Shown here: positions 56,253 through 61,817 of the stretch, in pieces | Layout: the number at the start of each line of letters is the position of its first letter | How positions within the stretch are numbered: the first letter of the stretch is position 1 | IMG/VR virus record: IMGVR_UViG_3300036906_000071 | Coordinates: 1 to 61,817 of that record | Strand: one strand, 5' to 3' | Length of the DNA: 61,817 bases | Origin: a virus | Lineage: Duplodnaviria > Caudoviricetes | Program-made: the position numbers and the translations under genes | Notes under the pieces: generated by a model | Databases searched by the model: none | Seen by the model: the letters and a program-made list of their open reading frames with translations, nothing else | Told to the model about the DNA's origin: nothing

Positions 56253-57707
56253 TTAATTGTGGTGCGCATGACAATAAACATCTGGTGTTACGCCACCTCC
56301 GCCGTTTTGCATGATTTGAGTTACATGCAATTCGAGCAAACCAGCAGGTGCCGTTGGTAAAGGTGTTGTCCCAATGCTCACTGAAAGACTGCTGGGCGAG
56401 CTTAGCGCGTTGGCAAAACAGAATACTTGATAGGATGTGTCTGGCATCGCTCCCGGTAGATAGGCTGCGGCCAAACACTGGTTCGGTTGTCCTGTGCCAA
56501 TTGTACAAGCTGCCGGAATTGTCCAGTAGTAATCGATTGTAATTGTAGCTGTTAGGCAGGGAGATCCCGAATCACCCGCGCCGCCATACGCGTCCCAGTT
56601 CATGCAGTGGCCATGAACTCCCGCGCCGTTGGACGTGACAACCTCACCCTCCGTGCCCGTTCCGTTCAGCTTTATGTTGGTCGCCTTCGGCGATGTTGGA
56701 TGGTCCGTCACAATGAAAAGCGGCGATTGCGTGAAGTTGATCGCAGGCTCGACCGGCAGCGCCGTGCCCGCCAGCATGATGGTCTGGTAGTTGATCGTGC
56801 TCGACTCCGAGCAGGGCGTTGCCGACGGCATAAAGGTGTGGTAGGCGTCGCTCCCAGCGCACAGCGTGTATCCTGTTCCCACGCCCAGCCCGCCATTGAC
56901 GATGTAGCCGCCTAGAGAGTTGGTTGCGCCCAGCTCGTTGTCGATCGGCCAGCCCGGCACATTGGTTCCCACACCCAGCGCCAGCACCTGCAGTAGCGGA
57001 TAGCCGGCTAAACTCAGCGGCCCGGAGATCGACTGTAACCCGTGGTTGTACGGAATCGCCTGGATCGTCGATCCGTAGGTCGCCACTCCGTTGTAGAGCG
57101 GCAACCCAGTGTTGAGGTTATATGTCTGTCCCGGCCCCAGCAACTGCCACTGCATCGGGTACCCAGGCAACGCATTCCCGTTGCGGTCGATCAGCGACAC
57201 ATTGTACCCGGTCCCGGTCGGCCATCCCGCATCGTTGGCCGTCTGCTCGCACAGTGTTGTGTTCGTCGCCGGCAGCACCGCCCCGCTGGCCAATGCCGCC
57301 GCCTGCGTGTATACCGCGCTCCCGCTGGTCGTTCCCTGCAACGTCTCCGCCCCGCTCGCCGTGCCGATGTAGACTCCCATCCCCACCGCCAGCGCAGGCA
57401 TCCCCGGCGGCGGAGCCACCTGCATGGATCCCGGCGCGCTCAACTGCGCGCTCGTCTCCGGGCTGGCCAGCGTCGTGTGCCCCGCCGCATCCAGCCACGC
57501 AATCTCCACATAGTAGGTCGCGGCAGGCAGAGCGCCGCTATAGACGGGCGCAAGCGTTGGCACCGTCAGAGGATTCAGCAACCCCACCACGCTCCCATCC
57601 ACGCTGGTTGCGCAGCTCGAAGTCGACTGCACCACCACCGGCACCGTCTGCGCGCGCACCCCTGCGGCCAGCAATACCATCGTCAAATAAGTTGCAATCC
57701 TCTTCAT
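56253..57707 (-). CDS. Signal-peptide-bearing fibre-like protein
   Basis: MKRIATYLTMVLLAAGVRA|QT; Cys-containing beta-rich modules. Confidence 0.8.
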   Translation of the reverse strand: MKRIATYLTMVLLAAGVRAQTVPVVVQSTSSCATSVDGSVVGLLNPLTVPTLAPVYSGALPAATYYVEIAWLDAAGHTTLASPETSAQLSAPGSMQVAPPPGMPALAVGMGVYIGTASGAETLQGTTSGSAVYTQAAALASGAVLPATNTTLCEQTANDAGWPTGTGYNVSLIDRNGNALPGYPMQWQLLGPGQTYNLNTGLPLYNGVATYGSTIQAIPYNHGLQSISGPLSLAGYPLLQVLALGVGTNVPGWPIDNELGATNSLGGYIVNGGLGVGTGYTLCAGSDAYHTFMPSATPCSESSTINYQTIMLAGTALPVEPAINFTQSPLFIVTDHPTSPKATNIKLNGTGTEGEVVTSNGAGVHGHCMNWDAYGGAGDSGSPCLTATITIDYYWTIPAACTIGTGQPNQCLAAAYLPGAMPDTSYQVFCFANALSSPSSLSVSIGTTPLPTAPAGLLELHVTQIMQNGGGGVTPDVYCHAHHN

Positions 57708-57768
57708 CGTTCGCCTCAGTCTGCCGCCGCGACCTGCGGCATGGGCACTGCGTAGTTTGCTTCCAGCT

Positions 57769-58164
57769 TTACTGCTCCGCCTGCGTCTGTCCACTGATAA
57801 CTGTAAGCTGATTGTCGCCAGCCACCACAGCCGTTCCCATTGCGATGCGGGTGTTGTGCGGCATAATCATGCAGCCCTCTGAGGCGGTATGATTCATCGC
57901 TTCATTGTCCCCGTGACAGAAAAAGTCTGCGCGTCCAAACATTTCATTCGCCGGGTCGGGGATGAGCCGCATGGCAATAATCCCCACCTTTGGATCGGTG
58001 CATGGAGGCATGATGGTATAGAGTCCCTGCGGAAGCGGCCCAACCTTGGGAACGTCCTGCATGGCTGGATTGTTTAGTCCAGATCCACACCCCGCGTAAC
58101 CCGTGGCCATTTCCTCGCCGTCATGCGTCAAGATTCCTGTCGATTGCTGATATTGAAATGCCAT
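57769..58164 (-). CDS. Tlde1/DUF2778 L,D-peptidase-fold protein, probable endolysin
   Basis: GPLPQGLYTI...FGRADFFCHGD...ASEGC with His and Cys catalytic residues. Confidence 0.8.
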   Translation of the reverse strand: MAFQYQQSTGILTHDGEEMATGYAGCGSGLNNPAMQDVPKVGPLPQGLYTIMPPCTDPKVGIIAMRLIPDPANEMFGRADFFCHGDNEAMNHTASEGCMIMPHNTRIAMGTAVVAGDNQLTVISGQTQAEQ

Positions 58165-58229
58165 TCAAAACCTCATATTTGCCCACCATCGTTCGCGTAC
58201 TATCGCCGGCATCGCTTCCGCTGCAAACC

Positions 58230-58555
58230 TTTGAGGCGCGGCTCCGATTCTGGCTAACCAGTCACCGTTTTATCCCTTGCGGGAGAGACCTGTCAGTTCC
58301 GCCTCAAACTCTTTTCCCGTCCCAAACCGATAAGGATGTCCGTGCGACAACCATCCTCCGGCTCGACTTAGCAGACCGATAAGGCGTTCTGAACAGCCTC
58401 CGGCCCGCGACGGGAAACTTTATAAACCCCTAAAATGTGGGGCCGTTCGGACTTGCAGATACTAGGCTTCGACCGATCTTACAGCTTATTATGGACGATC
58501 AATCGGCTTGGCGTCCAGCTTATACCTCTCCACCGTTCTCATCCTACTAGGCCCC
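58230..58555 (-). ncRNA. Array of three stem-closed structured RNA candidates
   Basis: Closing stems at 58230-58308, 58313-58417 and 58439-58555; G-U pairs and a GCAA tetraloop favour the minus strand. Confidence 0.6.
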
Positions 58556-58576
58556 TTCGTCGGGGGTATCTCAAAT

Positions 58577-58616
58577 TGGTTGCGGACCGAAGAGTTGAAC
58601 TTCGCCTCTCGGCTTC
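58577..58616 (-). pseudogene. 3' half of a tRNA
   Basis: CGAAG-TTCAACT-CTTCG T-arm plus GTCCGCA-ACCA; the 5' half is absent and the fragment abuts the fibre stop codon. Confidence 0.7.
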
Positions 58617-58617
58617 A

Positions 58618-61600
58618 TCAATGTGTCAACCACGCATACGCCGATCCGCTGTAGCTGCAAATCACCGCAGCCGTGACTGTGCCGCCGCTCGTATATGCGG
58701 TCATGTACAGGGGCGCGGCTGCATCGCTCACAACAGCCGTATCTCCATTTATTCCAGAGGCGCATGTGGGGAGAGGGGTGCCTGCCGCACTATAACCTCC
58801 ACCCAAACTACCACCTACAGGGAAAAAAGCCCCTCCTGCGGTCGGCTGTAAATATAGCGCCATTGGAGTCACCGACGTATCGGCATACCATTTATAGGAT
58901 GAGGAAGCAGCGATAGCCCCTGGCATCTCAAACAGTTCGTATACACCGGGCGTCCCACTGGCACCAGTCACGGCGCTTAGGGTCGTCCAAGTCAAATTAT
59001 TGTCAGAATACTGTATGTTGAAGGCTGTCGGATTTTCACCGCTATAACTATCGGGAACAATGGCAACCTCTGCGACGGGAACCGAAGAACCGAAATCGTA
59101 CTCCACATAACCGCTTGATCCGCCAGCGTTGGACGCCCAGCGATTGGGGAAAGACCCAACCTGACTGAGCTGATTGATGTCGGTCCCATATCCTGTGTTC
59201 GGGGAATACCATGTCCCGCCCGCCGGAGCCTGAATTACTCCCGCTACCGCACGGAATTGCAATGCTGACATGGACCAGTAAGTACCGCCTGCTGAGGAGA
59301 CTAAGACCATTCTCCAGTAGCGGTGAAAGGGGGGAGGAGCGCCAGACCCGCTATATGTAGTCGGTACGCTCCCGGCTCCAGTATAGGTCGTCCATGTTGC
59401 GCTCGCTGGGCAGTAGGTGATTTTTCCGTCCTGTGAGGAAACATAAGCTCCGAGCCGGCTGCAACTTCCGGTGGGCGCTGCCGCTGGCCCAAGCACTCCG
59501 CCAGGAGGCAAAAAGCTGCCATCACCAAAATACTGAAAATCAGTAGAATTTACGGTCCCTAAATACTCATCAACCACATTTGCCTTCAAACCCATCACCA
59601 AGGAATTAGTAAGTGAATTATTGCCCTGGTAGTTGAAACAAAAGTATGCTTGATTATAAGGCGGATTGTTGCCCTGCCCAAATGAATGGCACTGGGCGCG
59701 CCCGGTAGCATAAGTCAAATTGGGCATATAGTCCACATCGGTTAGACCATATTGGTTAGGGTTGTTTCCCGTGCTGGTCTGACGATAAAAATTGTTCACG
59801 CCCACTTGGTGCTGAATCGTATTTACCACAAAATCGTCTGCATCTTGAGCGGCGTCCGTTATCGAAAAGGCATCATAGCTATCGACCAGTGGCGTGTGTA
59901 TTTCGCCCTTTGCTTGCAGTCTTCCAGAGTCTAATAGAGACGATCCATAGTAAATGTAGCTTTTCGCCTTTGTTGCTGATGACTGCGATGCCATCGCTTC
60001 GTTCAGTGTCTGCGCGTAGGGCTGCACTCCGCCCGGAGCTATCCCGCCGTTTGAAGCGATTAGGTTGGTGTCCATGAAATTACTAAGTACCGATCCCACG
60101 TCAGCTAGATTGTCCCAATATTCTCCAGCGTACAAGCCTGTAGTGTTGAAGCTGGTTTTTCCTTGGCTGTACAGCCAATTATTTATCCTAGCTGCGTTGA
60201 TAAACACTGATGGGCAACTCATGTTGTTCCAGGGCGCAAAAGTGGAAGTTCCCTGCACTACAACCCACCCATCCGTGTGCGCCTTCGCCCAGATGGATTG
60301 CAGATGACCCTCGATCGTTGCCGCCGTCGCGCAGTCGTGCAGGTCGTTATTGAAGATGTCGTTGATGATAAGGTACTCAGGCGTGTTCCCCGTCATTACC
60401 GGGCTAATCGAGTGGAACAAAGCGGTGTAGTCAGAGTCGATGCCTGCCAAATAATTATTGGAATCGAGTATTATTTTGAATGCACCGTGTCCATTGAAGA
60501 AGGGCTGCTGCATCGTCTGTTGAGCCAGAAAGTAGTTTGCGCGCTGCACCGTGCCGCCTGTAATCGTCGCCGTGGCATAGGTGTAGTTGAACTCAAACTG
60601 TGTGCTGCTCAATCCTGTTGAGAGAACCTGGAAAAACCCGTATCCAGTGGTGGCGTTGCTAAACGGACTCGGCGGGGATGGGAACCCTGTTACATTAGCG
60701 CCAACAAAAACCCAGTCGCTCACCGCCAGCCCATTCGTGCCGCTGTTGGTGATGGTGCAGACCGTCCCATTGCAGCTTCCGCCCGTCACTGCAATCTGCG
60801 GGGCCAGCACTTGCGTGTCATCGGCCAGAATCGAGTCGCCGGTGAAGACGTAGAGCGTGTTCGCCGGGTTGTAGGACACCGATCCTCCGCCCGACGGTGC
60901 GCCCCCATCAACAAGGCTCCATGCATTCGCTGTTTTTTGGAACTCCGCAAGATGCCCGGGCGTAGGTGGTGCTGCTGCGCTGAAGACCGGAAGGAGTTTA
61001 TCCGCGCCACTGGCCCATATATGCCAGTTATTATAGGTACTATCGTAAAGAATTTGGCCCGCATACATAGTATTGCCTCCGCCCACCTGCGGAAGAAATA
61101 CTGAAGCATTGGAAAAATCATAAGTGGCTCCTGGCGCTATCCCACCCAAAATATCAGCGAGCGTCGGTTGGGCCTGGGTAAAAGCTCCAGTTATTGCTGA
61201 ATATCCAGTGAGATACTGGTGCGTAACAGCAGCAGCTGTCGCCGCTGCTGTTGCCGCCGCGTAACAGGGGTTTGGAGTGCTCGCGGTTGTGTACTGCACA
61301 TTCTGGCCATTCGTCGGTGCGAACCCCGTGCAGAACGGAACCGCATTCAGTCCCTTCACGGTCGCCGCCACGCTCCCGCTTCCAGATCCCGTCACATCCC
61401 CGGTGAGCGCGGTGATTCCGCTGCTGCCTGCGCTGAACGCGCTCCATGCCGTCCCATTGGTCTGGCACAGCACAGTATGCGTGCTGCCGCCCGTGGTGCA
61501 GTCCGTCGCGCTCGTCCCGTCCATCACCGAGTAGATTGTGCCCACTGGCGGCGTAGCAGCGTCTGGCAGTGTCGCCACAGTTGCCGGTTGCAAATCCAGC

Positions 61601-61817
61601 CCAGGAAACGGCGCATTGGGATCGACACCCAGCGTGTTGATCGATGGGTTGTAGAACGCCGGGGGAACCACCTGGATCGCTGTCGTCGCCGGGGGCGGCG
61701 TCCCGGTGTAGTAGACGATCAGCGCAACGTTGGCAATGTTCATCTTTCCGTGGTTGCCAGTTTGTCCATAGATGTCAGCCGTAAAAGATGCTCCAGATAT
61801 CAGTGTTGGATCGATTG
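58618..61817 (-). CDS. C-terminal part of the ~1,380-aa fibre-like protein; SGNH-like and discoidin-like domains
   Basis: FTGDSI motif; RYWRM...YVEYDFG...FNIQYSDN; continuous with 1-1070. Confidence 0.85.
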   Translation of the reverse strand, partial: IDPTLISGASFTADIYGQTGNHGKMNIANVALIVYYTGTPPPATTAIQVVPPAFYNPSINTLGVDPNAPFPGLDLQPATVATLPDAATPPVGTIYSVMDGTSATDCTTGGSTHTVLCQTNGTAWSAFSAGSSGITALTGDVTGSGSGSVAATVKGLNAVPFCTGFAPTNGQNVQYTTASTPNPCYAAATAAATAAAVTHQYLTGYSAITGAFTQAQPTLADILGGIAPGATYDFSNASVFLPQVGGGNTMYAGQILYDSTYNNWHIWASGADKLLPVFSAAAPPTPGHLAEFQKTANAWSLVDGGAPSGGGSVSYNPANTLYVFTGDSILADDTQVLAPQIAVTGGSCNGTVCTITNSGTNGLAVSDWVFVGANVTGFPSPPSPFSNATTGYGFFQVLSTGLSSTQFEFNYTYATATITGGTVQRANYFLAQQTMQQPFFNGHGAFKIILDSNNYLAGIDSDYTALFHSISPVMTGNTPEYLIINDIFNNDLHDCATAATIEGHLQSIWAKAHTDGWVVVQGTSTFAPWNNMSCPSVFINAARINNWLYSQGKTSFNTTGLYAGEYWDNLADVGSVLSNFMDTNLIASNGGIAPGGVQPYAQTLNEAMASQSSATKAKSYIYYGSSLLDSGRLQAKGEIHTPLVDSYDAFSITDAAQDADDFVVNTIQHQVGVNNFYRQTSTGNNPNQYGLTDVDYMPNLTYATGRAQCHSFGQGNNPPYNQAYFCFNYQGNNSLTNSLVMGLKANVVDEYLGTVNSTDFQYFGDGSFLPPGGVLGPAAAPTGSCSRLGAYVSSQDGKITYCPASATWTTYTGAGSVPTTYSGSGAPPPFHRYWRMVLVSSAGGTYWSMSALQFRAVAGVIQAPAGGTWYSPNTGYGTDINQLSQVGSFPNRWASNAGGSSGYVEYDFGSSVPVAEVAIVPDSYSGENPTAFNIQYSDNNLTWTTLSAVTGASGTPGVYELFEMPGAIAASSSYKWYADTSVTPMALYLQPTAGGAFFPVGGSLGGGYSAAGTPLPTCASGINGDTAVVSDAAAPLYMTAYTSGGTVTAAVICSYSGSAYAWLTH
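61691..61817. repeat. Terminal direct repeat, copy 2
   Basis: Identical to 1-127. Confidence 0.95.

Noticed and set aside
58230-58555. CRISPR mini-array
   Set aside because: Only two short motif copies, which pair as stems; no regular repeat-spacer period and no cas genes.
58439-58555. Pistol, HDV-like ribozyme or tmRNA assignment
   Set aside because: Some elements are suggestive, but I could not complete the required pairings by eye; left as an unassigned structured RNA.
58577-58616. Half-tRNA as attP
   Set aside because: It is about 5.6 kb from the integrase and has an atypical T-stem for a host tRNA; a truncated phage tRNA is more likely, though attP is not excluded.
61691-61817. 127-bp end repeat as a biological terminal repeat
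   Set aside because: It falls mid-gene and its length matches a common assembler k-mer, so it is best read as circular overlap.
1-61817. Stop-codon reassignment
   Set aside because: Core genes are full length under the standard code, and the broken genes have local explanations.

Overview
The window appears to be a complete, circularly closed genome of a temperate podovirus-like tailed phage (about 61,690 bp unique; bases 1-127 repeat at 61691-61817). The host is probably Acidobacteriota, inferred from host-like regulators and signal-peptide style. A late region of about 43 kb runs on the minus strand across the junction. It encodes a fibre-like protein, a Tlde1-type lysin, membrane/exported proteins, portal, scaffold, capsid, tail proteins, ejection proteins including a 3,886-aa polyvalent protein, a CAT tRNA and the terminase. 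The early/accessory region (2.5-20.5 kb) holds a tyrosine integrase, three DNA methyltransferase genes (one broken), GroEL and GroES, an alarmone-hydrolase-like HD protein and several host-like regulators (KhpA, cold-shock, Fis-like, receiver, zinc ribbon). No replication genes were recognised. The most unusual signals are: (1) fibre-like late proteins with Sec-type signal peptides cleaved before Gln; (2) two non-autonomous cassettes sharing 24-bp terminal inverted repeats with 8-bp target duplications, one carrying a methyltransferase; (3) a perfect 52-bp inverted repeat read in the same frame in two convergent genes, a possible inversion switch; (4) a structured RNA array behind a half-tRNA; (5) an oriC-like element. 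All protein calls come from motif recognition by eye, not database searches.
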